64,000 nucleotides of DNA. It comes from Acanthaster planci. Its lineage: Eukaryota. Position 1 is the stretch's first letter; each line of letters begins with the position of its first letter. Positions 26,401-40,000 of the stretch are shown here, piece after piece. The stretch covers positions 2,300,919-2,364,918 of the forward strand of contig NW_019091361.1 in the NCBI RefSeq assembly GCF_001949145.1, in the 5' to 3' direction. The translations under genes and the position numbers were made by a program. Below the pieces are notes generated by a model. The model did not search any database, was not told the origin of the DNA, and saw nothing but the letters and a program-made list of their open reading frames with translations.

Positions 26401-29400
26401 GTATTAATACTGTGCTAACAGCATGCAAACAACAAGATGTGTTCTAAGTGATGCCAAATCAAGAACTGCGTGACGTTTTGAACCTCGGGGGTGCAGGGCC
26501 TTTACAGAGAACAATGCATTTTCCCAGAAAAAAATGAGCCAGAAATTGTTTTGCCAAAGCCTATACATATCGCCAATGTAATAACCAATCGTACTGAAAA
26601 ATCAATGGTTTACAAATCTTTTCCAGTCGGAAATGTTCTGCTGTCTGATTTTTAAGCCGGTTACAAGTAAAAGATGGTGTTTTAAGGTTCTTTCATTGCT
26701 GACTTCAACGTGAAATGACTGTTATACAATCACATTTATTCTTGGCTCCAATGTTTCCCATGTACTAATGATCTTGGCAAAAAAGCCAATGAAAATTTCA
26801 GTACCGTGTGCTCTGCCTCATGAATTACGAGAAAACTCAACAGGGTTGGCTACAAAAAACCTCATCATTTTAACTCGTCCCAAATTGAAAGCTGTAATTG
26901 GCCTAAAACTCCAGCATTTTACTATCTTTGAATGCAAACTGTCCCTCCTTGCCGCATACACAACTCCGAAATGTGATTAAACTCCTTGTTTTTACAGGAT
27001 GCTATATATTTACAATGACTCTGATGATAGGACTCTAATGAACTCATTTGCTTGTTCCGTTAATTACATTTACGCTGAGATGATACAGTCATTATCATCT
27101 GGTTATACCAATGATCTGAATGAACGCAAACTCTAAACCATGCTAAGAACGGAATGCATGATACAATAAGGATTGCACATAACCATGTATGAAAACCAAA
27201 CATTGGCACTGGACTTTTCTTGTGGTAAAGTCAAAACTTGTCTCAAGAAAATGTGCCAGCTGAGATACAGATGTAACTGTCTACTTCGTACTGGAGGTTT
27301 TCTCCTTCAACTTCAGTCATCCAAAGACACCATCAATCTCTGATCGTTATAGTCATGCAATCCGCCAAAATGTACTTCAGTTAGCTGGACGGCTATCAAC
27401 ATGTTAAACTCGGGATTCATGTTAGCAACTTTCTGGGGTCACAAAAACACTAAACTACACGTAACTGATGCAGAGACGAGACCCAACACTACAGTACAAC
27501 AGATGGCGAGCAAAGACAATACAGCACTGAAGACAATAGACTGGCAACCCAGTCCTCACACAACACTAAAACCGGACAACTTACTAATGCTAAGAATAGA
27601 ATCTGCTTTAATTTCTTGCAGATGTATGGAAAATCTTAAGATTCCCTCAGTATATTACAATAAGAAAAATATATCCTTACTCTGCAAAAATAACCCTGGC
27701 TACTTGTAAACCAGATGCATGATTAAGCTAACTCTCTGAACCACATCGGCACAGCAAATCCATGCAAAGAACAGAATCCCATCTCTACCAGGAGACATCA
27801 TTTTCTTTCAACTTGTTAATCTTCTATGATCACTTTCAGGCATTCTATTCATTTCAAACCACCATCCATGCCAAAGGAAAACTGACAGCAGGAAGGAGGT
27901 GGGTTAACAGAAGGTGGGGGTTTTTAGTACAACGCTGCTGTGGGGACTTGGGACGGTAGGGATTTGATTGGAGTCTGTGGGTGTTCATAGGCGGCAGGAT
28001 ATGTGTTCAGTTATCTCTTTTCTTGATACTTAAAGAACCCTTCTCCAAAAGCGAACAGAATTTATCGGAAGAAATCCCCTCAAATTGAATAACTTTCCTC
28101 CACTTGCACAATGCCACATAAAAATGAACGAGCAGGCAAAAGAAAAGTGAACATACAAAGTTTCATCCATGTTTATGACCAGATATGCGAAGTGCCTGAT
28201 AAACTGTGAACACATGATGCTTGGCTTCTCATTTTCAGCGCAAAAATTACTTCAGTCTCCAGAAAAAGACTTAAAAATATTTGTTCTTTCCAATTTAGGT
28301 CATGTTTTGAATGGCTATGCACACATCATGAAATTGAACAAATGCTTTTTATTGTATCGAGTGACAGCGGAGGAATCAACTCATTTGGGGCACTGAAAGA
28401 CATTCCAGTCCATTTGTGACACAAAACTGGAAGCAATGGATTCTTTTGTAAGATGTTGTGACGTTTCTTAAGGGGGAATTTTTGGAGCAACTCTCTTCTA
28501 AACATTTGTCGTGACTTCTGTTTTCTTGTTAAACAGGAAGGGTGGGGAAAGGAGGACAAGGGCAGGAAATCTTGGAGGGCAACAAAACAATAACAAAAAA
28601 TGTGAACTCGGGATTAATGGGTAAAAGTGAACTCTGTGAATGCCGACTCTAGAGCAGTGTGAGTTTTTATTTCAAAAGACTGATGGAGATGAGTGAAGTC
28701 AAAATGACACAGGCTCAGCAGGGTGAGCATGCAACAAAGCAGGGCATGTACAAAAAAATACCAGAACAATACAAAACAAAACCAAACCATCTCACACAGA
28801 GACAAATATGAAAACAGCGGGCCAGAAACACAGGAAGTAAAGTTTGAGCTGGAATGTCTGGGTGCCTTCATCCCTAATTGAATTGAGGCAGTATGAGACA
28901 ACCACAACTCAGAGCTATGTGAATGTACATGTATCTCGCCATACGGAAGGAAGGAAGGAAACCAAGTGAGACATCCATGTTTGTATCAATACTTCTAAAA
29001 AAAGCCCATGTTTATGTACGTACAAAGATGTTTTCAGCGTTGCTTTTTCCATATCTCAAGTACTATTCCACTAAAGCACGTTATCAATGCTGCCTCAATC
29101 AAACATGCAACATCAGTAAAACGGCACTTTCGTTTTGTTGCGTGCAAACAATGCACCTACATGTATCATACAAAGGTGTACTGCATACTATTTGTCAAAT
29201 TGTCTCTAGAATCAATTAAGTGTGGGAATAAATCAAAGTCTGTAGCGCGTTTTTGAGTATGTTCTTCACAGTCCGTTTTCATCTCATTTTGGTGTGTTCT
29301 GTGACCTGTGCGTGTAAGTCAAGATGTCCGCGCTGTGGACAGCTTCAAAATCTTCTGCAAGGGGACTGAAGAGTTTAGCACTCTGGTAATTCAATAAGGA

Positions 29401-31500
29401 TCCATGGAGTGAATCATGTTATCTTTGTATATACATGCACTGCCACCGAGGGATCAATCTGTAAATTCGTCTATCCACCTGCTGGCAATTTTACATGTTT
29501 CATCTCAGTTTCTACTCTTGCCCAAATAGGAAAAAGACAGAGAGTGTTGTAAGACATCCCCTCAGAGTTTAATTTCACCGAAAGCTGTTGCTGAAGGACT
29601 TAAAATGTCTGGCCCGTGGTTGTTTCATTCCCAAAGGGATTGGCATTTTCTTTTATTGCAGTGAACTCTCAGACTTTTCATCACTGATGTGGATATTATT
29701 TTTGCACATGAAATTCTGTCAGCCGGAAACTTGCTGAAATTGATCAGTATGAAATATTCAATTGTGAATAACACTGGCACGTTCTTCGGAAATACACGCT
29801 TCATTTTGTTTCATGATAACTTATTTTTTCTGACTCCCCCCATCCATAAAAGAAACAGTTTTTCTTTTTTTTTCTTTTTTTTGAAAGGTCAGCTTTTAAA
29901 GGGCAAAACTGCGGCACCATTCATGTAAAACTGCAGCACAATGAACACTTCCACACACTTCACTGCACAATCTCTCAGATCATCTTTAAACAGCTCCCGG
30001 CCATATTTGGTAATGCATATTTTTCTGACATCACAGGCACTATCCCACAGCAACGCTGGGGGAAAAAAAATGCTAGCCTGGTGGACATACACAACAGGGA
30101 CTGCCCAAGACTGTACCATGTACGGTACACGCCCCTCATGGCCCATTGCAGGCATACCACTGGGACATATCTGGCATTCTGACCACAGATTAGCATACAC
30201 ACGTCAGGAATGTCTGGCCCTGATTTCTTTTAAAACTTGCAACTTAAAGGGGCTGTATCACAGGTTAAGACATACTGTGACCAATGGAACAGGTACAGAG
30301 AAAATAAAAAACATTGACACTGCAAGAAGCAAGCACTGAAAAACCAGGGACAAAACATATATGGACCGCTGACAAAATGAATAAAAACAAGCAAGCATAC
30401 GAACAGGTGCAGATATCATTTCCACTCCATTAAATTGTGCCAGATTAGTAAGTTTATGACAGGAAAGCTGCATGTTGAAAACAATGGGTGTCAGGCAAGA
30501 AATTAACAAAAGCTGGACACAAAACCCCAAAAGTTCAGCTGACAGTTAACATGTTAAACTTTTCCTGAGAAAGAAGAATGTTGGTTATAAAGCAACGGAA
30601 TAGATTGGCAAATTGAATTTGGGTGAAATGTAAGAGATGTAGAATAAAAAAACAACTTGGCAATAAAGAGGTGTAGTTTAAGGGGGGGCATTTGAATAAG
30701 AAAACTCTGGTTAAATACTGAAGATACATACATTCATACTTGTGGGTCCAAGAACACAGTAGAAAACGTGCTCTTTTGTGTTAATATGATTTGAAACCAA
30801 CCCACTTTTGGCTACAGAGACTCAAGGTAGTTTTACACCTGCAAAAACCAGAGGTAAAACCAACCCAGATTTTTGTCTTTGACATTTCAAGCCATAAATG
30901 CTTTCTCGTCATTTTAGATTCAACTGGGTTAGTTCGCTGAAACAAAAGGCTTTATTCAAACAGAACCTGATAGCAAGTGAATTGTACGGACTCATTTTAT
31001 ACTGTGTTCATGTAAGAGAAACCCAAGAGACATGGCTGGTGGTTGTTTTGTTTTTTTTCTTTCCCCTGCGCACACTCAGTGCCGATAAAAAAGAATCTAC
31101 ACCTAACACACACAACTTATTTCCAAATTTCCATTTTTTTCCTAAAAATACTAACACCTGAATCACTGCATATACATGAAAAGGAGCTTCCAGGATTGTT
31201 CACTAGCACTATGGTTTCTAACATTTACAACACGATAAACAACTACATACCAAAAATCTCCACACAACATTCTACTCGGACAAAAGTTACCGAAACAACA
31301 ACTGTTACATGTACCTCACCTGAACAGTGACAACAAAACCTACATTGGTACCTGAGCATTATGGGTTCAATATCCCGACAATGAATCTCATCATCTCCTG
31401 ATGCTTTGCTAGCATATAGAAACCCTGCTTATCCTACGCCTAGGGAACGACGGGCAGTGAATCTACCCACGGCACGCTCTGCCGGGAGCGCGACACTCAC

Positions 31501-31570
31501 CTTCGGCGCTCTCCAGCTGGACTTGCAGAGTTTTGAATGACCGGTTAGTGAACTCCTCTTGGTTTGCCAA
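31501..31570 (-). CDS. TPM: Tropomyosin exon 8 (aa 235-258)
   Basis: ctcag|LANQEEFTNRSFKTLQVQLESAE+G|GTGAGT; 70 nt, the canonical size and phase 1. Confidence 0.93.
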
Positions 31571-32121
31571 CTGAGGTCAGAGAGAAAGACAGACGAGGGG
31601 AGGAGAAGAAAAAAAACAAGATTCAGAAGACAGAGAAAAGTTAACGACAATTTTTTGGGATGAGCTGGGGAAATCCCAGAGTTAACTCAGAGAGAAGCCC
31701 ACACAGTCAGTTGACACAGACAGCTTAACCCAAGCAGTTCAGCAGGTGCCAAAGTTGATGTGTAACCTCAATGACAAAGAAACAGGCTGTTGGGAAGTTC
31801 TAAGTGGGGCTCATGTAAGCATGTGTACGATGTGTTTGTTAGTATAATTGCGCAGTATTTCAGCAGAGAAATTTAACTTGGAGGCTAGGCATGGACTTAA
31901 AATTTTGAGTGAAACACAAGTGGTCTTTGACTCTAACATGAGGTAAACTTTGTTGGAATGTTACACTGTATTTTGATTTTCTGCTGACATAGGTACACTT
32001 GTGAAAACTGAATAACTTGCTCAGAAGTCTTATTAATTCACGTGGACATTCTGAGTCCTCACCGACAGTCATTTTTACATCAGCTGCACGTGGGACCTAG
32101 GCATACAGGGTCAGAACTTAC

Positions 32122-32260
32122 GGCCTCCTTTTCAGCGGTCAGCTCCTGTACTCTGACAAGCAGTTGCTCCTCTGCATCAGAGGCCTTCTCGTATCGAGCT
32201 TCGGCCGACTTGTGGGCGGCCTGCAAGTTGCTGACCTGTTCTGTTAATTCGACGAGCTTA
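32122..32260 (-). CDS. TPM: Tropomyosin exon 6+7 as a single exon (aa 188-234)
   Basis: ctgcag|T+KLVELTEQVSNLQAAHKSAEARYEKASDAEEQLLVRVQELTAEKEA|GTAAGT; 139 nt = 76+63 nt of vertebrate exons 6 and 7; Glu218 conserved. Confidence 0.94.
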
Positions 32261-33013
32261 CTGCAGAGAGACCAGGGGAGAAAGTCTGGGTAAGCATTTG
32301 ATAAAAGATGACAAGAGGCCGAGGGACAGACAACCTAACGGAGACAAGAACACAGGAACTACGCTGTCAAGTATAAGTGTAGGTATTCAAAGCAGATGGA
32401 CAGTTTGTTTGACCACTCTTTTTGTTTAACTTCACGCACCACGTGAAACAACAATGCTGAATCTTCGGGGACCCTTTAAGGACAAGGCAGATTTTAAAGA
32501 AAAGGGACAACATTAAGCAGTTAACGGGTCATCAGCTGGCAGAAGCGAAAGAAAATATTCAAATAGCACCAGTTTATTTACTTGCCAACGGTTTTATTCC
32601 ACACCGCATTTGTCCCCCATGTAGTATTATTTTCAGCCAAAAAATACCAACAAAAATGACAGACAAACAATCCTTCACAAAGTCGGACTATACAAATGTT
32701 AAACCCTGGTGATCATTTGCTCAAGATTTGGGCGCCATTTCCCACAGTGTCATTGCTTCTAAATGATGCCATGGAGCAATATTTGCTGGAGCGGCCGGCC
32801 ATGGGCCAAAGTCACTGAAGGCTTTTAAACATCTCCGCTGCATTTCAACACAGGGAATACCGAGGCCTTAAGACAATATGAAGTGGTTACGGAAAACGGT
32901 AACCAGCCAGAAAACAAAGTGTTTTGGGATGGCTTTCCAAATTTCATTGAACTGTGAATAAAGCAATCCTTGTATTTCAAGGGACACTTTCTCTGCCAGG
33001 TTTTATAACTTAC

Positions 33014-33084
33014 CAATCTAAGTCCTTGCAACGCTCATCTGAACGCTCCAAATCTTGCTCTGTAACAGTGAGTTTCCTAAAAAC
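33014..33084 (-). CDS. TPM: Tropomyosin exon 5 (aa 165-188)
   Basis: aaag|VFRKLTVTEQDLERSDERCKDLD+TG|GTAAGT; 71 nt, the canonical size. Confidence 0.95.
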
Positions 33085-33935
33085 CTTTTCCCACAAAAAA
33101 AAGAAAGAAGATGAGATTACCAAACAACTACACACCCACCATCAGCCTTATATAAATTGCAACAACGCACATTCACAAAGGTCAACAACGCATTAGCAAC
33201 AACCTGCCAGCAAGGCACATAGAATGCAAAGCAGTACAACTGTCACCCTTATGACAGACAGAACCAACGTTTGGAGAGGGCGCTAGTGCTTAATAACTCA
33301 TGGAACGTGCAAACATGTGCTCAATCAAAATTTTCCCCCAAAATGTCCAGGATTAACTCTGAATTCTTTCACCATTGAAAACACTGCCAATGATTTGACA
33401 TTGCACTTTTTAATGCCTTTTATACCAAATAGTGCAACAGACAACTGAAACGAAATGACCAAACAGTATTGACCGGTAACTATACAGACATGTACTGGAA
33501 CAGTAAATAAGCACGTGCACATTAACATAAAGTATGCAAATCTATACACACAATAGGAAAAAAAATAATAAAAACCACAACATTTAAAGGTAGAGTCTAT
33601 CATTTGCAACTTGAGTGACAAAAGTTTACTCGAAAATCACTCTGTTTGAAGATGTTAGGGGACTACATTCCACATTACTGTAGATAATCTCTAATACGCA
33701 AAACAAAACTTTGCTTATTTTTGACGTCATCATGATGTCACAAAAGAAAGTATCTACTACATTGTCTCTCAAATGCCCCGCAAAAATAATTTTCATTTCA
33801 ACAAGCAGAATAAATAATGAAAAATGAAATAATTAATAAAAATTAAGTGATGATGTCATCATGAGGTCATGCTAAGTTTCATCAATTTAAAGATGAACAC
33901 AAATTTATATCTCAATTGGACTTGTAATTTTGAAG

Positions 33936-34436
33936 TTAGGCCCCCCCCCGTTCTGCTTCCGATTACATGCCTCTCAAAAATAGGGTCGGTAGATTGGAAC
34001 TTTGGGGTGGTTCAAATTTTTGTGCTGAAAAATTGTCTCAAAACGTGATAAAAACATGCCTTAATCTATGTAAAAATGTCTACAGTCGACAATCCACAAG
34101 AATTATGGACAATTAACACAGTGCTATTCAGGCAATCACGACAGCAAACTGGCCAACAACGTCCATGTATCGCGTGGTAAGCATGATGATGCATCAAGAC
34201 ATCTTTTCAAAAATAGCGAATGTAAGTATGAAAACATATAAAAACAAGCATTTTAACGTGAGAAAGGGTTGTTGAAAGGTGTTTTGTGAAGACAGAAAAG
34301 ACATCAGGATTAATTTTTTAAATTTTCTTTATTTTGTTAAATTTGTTTTCTAACTCACCGCTGAAAGTTTTTAGGTCGTGCCAATAAATTAGGGTCAGTA
34401 GGGAAACCGGAAGCAGAAGTATTTTGGGAGGCCTTA
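33936..34436. mobile_element. Degenerate MITE-like element
   Basis: Imperfect inverted termini TTAGGCC...TTCTGCTTCCG and CGGAAGCAGAA...GGCCTTA; subterminal TAGGGTC(G/A)GTAG occurs near both ends. Confidence 0.5.
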
Positions 34437-35089
34437 CTGACCTAAGAATTGACCAATAATGACTTATAACTTGTGAAGATGGCATTATGACATCAATGTT
34501 CGGTTCACATCTTCGGCCTAAGGTTTTTACATGTACTTGGTGAAGTTTGATCAAGTTTGAAGATTTAAAAGTGGCTGAAATGCCATCGAGCAAAGTCACA
34601 TGTACAAAATCTATGGGATTCGGGGGGAGACAAAATTGGAAAAAGAAAAAACCCATAAGATCTTGAAAAAAACAATGGCTTCCCTGCAGCTTGCAGAAAA
34701 GCCAATGGCAAATGATGGACTCCACATGGACTGTACATCTACATGTGCAAAACAGGTTGAGGGATTTTAATATTTGGACAAAATATTTGGAACAGATCAG
34801 CCTTGGCCACCAGGCACTTTTCTTGAATCTGCCAACTCCAACCACTCAAAATCAGTCCAAATCCAACCCAGAGCCAATAGCTCTACTGAAAGACCTAACT
34901 GACATCTGAAGTTTTTCATCCCAACCCTGTTTTCATATCAAGTACACAATGCTTCGACATATAATTCTCCAGAACCCGTGCTGAAAATCAGGAGTTAGAC
35001 TTTGGCAGATAATGGCATCAAAGCATATACAATATCCGAATGATATCCGTACCAAAATATCAGCCCGAATCTGTTGCACATTACGTTAC

Positions 35090-35161
35090 CTCATCGTACA
35101 AAAATTTATTGTGGTCAGCTGCAGCTTTCTCTTTAAGAAGCTCCTTCTCCAGATGTGCGAT
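35090..35161 (-). CDS. TPM: Tropomyosin exon 4, second part, variant B (alternative, aa 141-164)
   Basis: aaaag|IAHLEKELLKEKAAADHNKFLYDE|GTAACG; 72 nt, same phase as variant A; aligns without gaps (I..LE.......AA.......YDE). Confidence 0.87.
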
Positions 35162-35316
35162 CTTTTTTTACATTTTTAAGTTGATGTCCACACATGAAAG
35201 CGATGGCAAGGAACAAGGAAATGTCCCCCCCCCCGCAAAAGGGGGGAAAACAAAACAGACACAAGGTTAATACAAGTGAGAATTTAAAAAAGGCAGAGGT
35301 TTTGGGGGTTTTGTAC

Positions 35317-35388
35317 CTCATCGTATTTACGGTCAGACTCTTCGGCCGCCTCTTTGTACGATCGCACTTTTGTCTCAAGTTCATTGAT
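35317..35388 (-). CDS. TPM: Tropomyosin exon 4, second part, variant A (aa 141-164)
   Basis: gtccag|INELETKVRSYKEAAEESDRKYDE|GTACAA; 72 nt; 46+72=118 nt, the size of vertebrate exon 4; canonical DRKYDE. Confidence 0.94.
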
Positions 35389-37001
35389 CTGGACGGTGGG
35401 TGGGGGAAGGAGGGCAGGGGTGTGTCCGTTTTGGCAGGCAGTTGGAGTTCGACCGGGTAGTAACAGATTTGAGCCCGAGCAGACGACAGAGTCCCCATTC
35501 ATGGCGAGGATAGGAGTCGTCCAGGAAAGTGAGCATCCAACATGGCAGGAATGATGCAAAGGAAGGAGGTGAACAATCAAACAGTTGGGAGAATGGAAGT
35601 TGGAATTGAAAAGGAAAAGAAAAACATAAAAAGATGAAATCAAAAGCAGCAGTAATATACTGACAGAAAAGGAAAATTACATTTCAACAATACTGTCAAG
35701 GAAAATCAGGAAAGCATAAAACAGAAAAGCAAGACGACTTCATCAAAAAGGAAAAGTGAAATGACCTTTGACCTGCTGCACACCATTTGTTACATAATGA
35801 CCATTCATAGGCAAAATTTCAAAGGGAGCTAGGCGTGCTGACGCTTTAGTGTTAAATAATATTTTTCAATGCTCTTAGTAGTGTATCTTTCCTTTCAGTT
35901 TCATTCCAGGCTTAAACATTCCAAACGTGATATCTTTAATCACTTTTAAATTATTCAACACTGCTACTTGTAATTTTTCAAGCTTTTCCCATTACTAGCT
36001 TTTTTTTAGACTTTCCAATAAATGTTCTACTATGGCAAAAACCTGTTTACTCCAGAGAATTCATCAATTTCTTTCTCTTCCAATTCTGACCTGTGCTCCC
36101 TTTCTATGGTGCCATATCACATTCATGCAGCACATTCAATAAAGCAAGACAGACCTAAATGACCTAAAGGTACACGTAGCAACAAGGAAAGAGACGAAGT
36201 AATCAAAGATTTACACCTGTCTTGACCGCTCCATTGATACAATCAAAAGGTGGACCAAATTACTGAAAACTGTACATGCGCCAATGTACAATTTTAGGCC
36301 ACGTTGTGGGCATCAGTCCTGACAATTAGGTAACTCCATTTCAGAGGGTGTGTCTACTGGGAATTATACTGATCGCACTTAAAGTATTTGTTTACAGGAG
36401 ATATATTTTTGGAAAATGGTAAAATATTAAAATTGTATATCACTGTAGTTACAAGTAATGTACTCTTGGACTGACAGCAACCGGGTGAATCTTACCCACG
36501 GGTCTAAATTTTACTGCTGTGGCTAAATGCTTTTCTAGACAAACTGTTAGTCTTAATGGTACAGCACACGAGAAAAAGAAAATGGAATAAGATGTCTTTT
36601 GCCTCCTTTCACTAGGCGACAGTCATCAAAACCAAAAAGTGCAATGAAACATGAATAAATACTTTTCTTAAAACAGGTCTAATATCTGTGTGATATCAAT
36701 ATTCAATGGCATTCAAAAGTTTTGGCATTGCAACTGTCTATTTTTGTACATGATCCAATCCAATTATCTAGCAGATTATTCTACGAAAACTGTGACCTTA
36801 TTGAAGCTCTGGCCCCGTTTGAATTCAAGGCCACGGATCAGCCAAAATTCACCTTTGAAAATCTCGGTGACTGTAATTTTTGGATAAGTAGTCTCAACTC
36901 CAAATGCACTGCGTCTAAGGTGAAAAAGGAGACTTTCCTTGTTTAAGTGGATTGGAAAAATTGGCGTTTCATTGTTTGACAGCCTTTCCACAGGTACAAA
37001 C

Positions 37002-37047
37002 CTTGTCATCATCAGCCATGCCCCTAGTTTCAAGTGCCTTGGTTGCC
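37002..37047 (-). CDS. TPM: Tropomyosin exon 4, first part (aa 125-140)
   Basis: ttcag|G+ATKALETRGMADDDK|GTTTGT; 46 nt; places Asp at the conserved position 137. Confidence 0.92.
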
Positions 37048-40000
37048 CTGAACAAGGAAAGGAAAAAAAAGAGAGAACAAGAGAAGAGGAAACCTCATTA
37101 AACACTCTACACCATAATAGACTACACTGACGAACTGAGACAAAAAAAACCACTAACATTCCTCTGTACGTTACAAAAGGAAAAGGTAATTTTATAAACA
37201 GAGACATGAAAAAGGAACTGGTTCTTGTCTTTATGATACATTCATTCACCAAACACGCACGTACACATATGGCACGTACATGTGTGTACACGTACATTTA
37301 CATTTCACAGTTTTATTTCCTGTCGCAATTTTGGCATTATTTCCCTTTTGAAATACCTCATGCTTGTATTGATCCAGAAATGATCACACATAGTGCTGGA
37401 ATTTACACTACTTTGATAAACAACAGGTGTCAGTTACTCAGGCCACAGTTGATAGTGAAACAGGATCATTATTATAATAAATTCATGGGTTATGCCTGGA
37501 GAAGGTAGCCATGACTACCTGCTCCTGCAGTCTGTGACTAATATAGGAATAATTATAGATTCACAAGAGTCCATGCATATGTCTGGACACAAGCACATGA
37601 GACAGAATCAATGGATAGGAATCACACACTGCTCGTCAATTAAGGGTAATAAATGTACCCTATCTTCACAAAGAAGCCATACACTATGGCCCCATAATTC
37701 GTGTACTCTCCACGATGGTGCTGGTGTGTACATACCGTACATGTATGCACGGTACATGTGCTTGTGACTGTACACAATATGAGCACTTGATTTCACAGAG
37801 ATTTAATCCAGCCAAAGAGAATAGTCATTCACAACAGTAAGTGTACAAATACTGCACCTTCACACTGCTCTGGCTGTCTACTACATAAACCTATGCATAC
37901 CGTTCATTATGTAAACATACACACACACCCAAAGCCCGAGTAGCAGCCAGGGCAACATGTAATTTATTGCACGCACATGATAGGTTGGGTTTACATGTCC
38001 AATACACACTGTAATAACATTACCATACAGGCTCCCAATATGGCATGTACAATGCATCAGCCTATTTACTGTTGCACTCGTAATGTACACGTATGATAAC
38101 ATGGGCGTGTTCATTTCAGTTTCAATGTGAAAGTACAGGCACACATTTACATGTAGTAATACAAGTTTCACAGCTCAGCGTGCATACCTGCCTGAAGGTG
38201 TCTCCATAATGTATGATACACACACATATATCCATGGGGGTAATACGACCTGCTCTTCAATTCATGTACATGTACATGTACATGTAGCTGTCAATTTTTT
38301 TATATTTTTGTTGACAGACTTTGCTTCATACTTCAAGCAACCACAAAATTGTGGTAAATTTGACAACATTTATTTAGTTGAAATGTGATGAACTTCTGCA
38401 AAGCCGCAATGTTACTATTGATATGAAGTCATGATTTTGCATTCATGTCCATGTCTGGTACCTGCAGTACATATACAATGTATAGGTAGTACATGAACCG
38501 GCCTTGAGGCCAACAGATACAAATTGATCTAGAAAATGTCTTTGTTCCGACTTATGATGGCTGGCAAAGAACACTGGCCAGAAAAGAACACTGGCAAAAA
38601 GCTATATGATTGCATTGACCTCTACCCTCAACCCAAGATAAATTTGAACCAAATTTGTCATCAGGCACATTCAATTTTTCTTGACAGACAGAAGAGGACT
38701 TTCAAGATGGATTATATGTTGATTTGGCAGTAATAAGATTTTTATGATTTGAATACAGGAAGCATGGCTTTACATGTACGTAGTCGTACATGTTACGGTA
38801 TCTTTCCACCTCCTCTGTAGCAGTAAGAGGGAGAAATTTCAGTGTGTTGAATATTCAGTTTATGCTAATAGCATTTCCAGATTTATGAGCCAAATATGAT
38901 GTCATTCAAGGTACAAGTAGAACGGGAGTGTCCTTGCAGCTTTGAGTACATGTACAATATAATGTACTGTACATGTATATACTGGTAGTGTCTCACATTT
39001 TCCACGTTTGGAGTAAGTTCCACTTTATGCTTGGTTTTCATTTCAGACAGAAAGTGCCCCTGCTTGATGCTCCATGTCCTCCGTAAACAAGTACAAAATG
39101 TAAGTTTGTTATTCATGGCAAGCAATTAAATTTTATGTGGTGTTGACATTCTATATGGTCTTAGAAATGCACGTACATGAACATACCCTGTTTGGTCAAG
39201 GACCATTGTTTGACAGCAAGGAAATATCAGGGTTATGTTGTTGTTTCTCTCTTTTTTTCACAATTTCACTTTTATTTTTGGACGACAGTTACTTTCAACA
39301 ATGAAGTGTGGGTTCCTTCAATTTGTCTGTCCAAGAATGTGGCTTTTAAGCAGTATCATTCCGATTGTTAGCTCACGTACACATGTACATGTACGGTACC
39401 AGCAACATTACTTATTCATAAAAGCAGTCTTGAGGAGTTACCTGGTAATCCCATAACCTTCACCTGAATGATTCTGTACAGGAGGCCAGGCTTATTCAGC
39501 CTCCCCACAAACTAAAACGTGAAGGACACTGAACAACACCATGTAAGGTTCCCTGATTTGATGAGGAGAGTTACAATAAATGGCAAGGACAGGAAAAAAG
39601 TTCTGCAAGCCCCTAGCCCTCCATGGCAACTCCCAATCCATAACAGACACCAATCACAATATAATGCTGACAAGTGATAGTTCAAATGAATGGAAACAGA
39701 AGCGGAACATCACATTTATGTAGCTGAAATGAAGGTCGTTATTGTCCAGTACATATGGATTTTTTTTTAAAAACAGACAAAATCGGACTGGTTGTTATTG
39801 TCGTTGTCACACAACACACAGAGACTATTTAAGCAATCTGACCACAGCAAGGCCACAAAAATATTTCAGACATGAGTCCAACCCCCCCCAAAAAACCACA
39901 AGCCACACACCAACTCCTGGCCAGACTCTTATCAGACAAGGGAAATACTTTCCTGTTGGGCTTGAATGAACCGGGCATCCAAGAAATTCCGGGCTACAGT

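Noticed and set aside
31429..31500. AERAV peptide just after exon 8, resembling a duplicate exon 8
   Set aside because: No suitable acceptor or donor, and the similarity is limited to ~5 residues.
36853..36870. Possible 18-nt micro-exon (SPRFSK) after the first part of exon 4
   Set aside because: Weak acceptor, and a Pro-containing 6-residue insert would break the heptad register.
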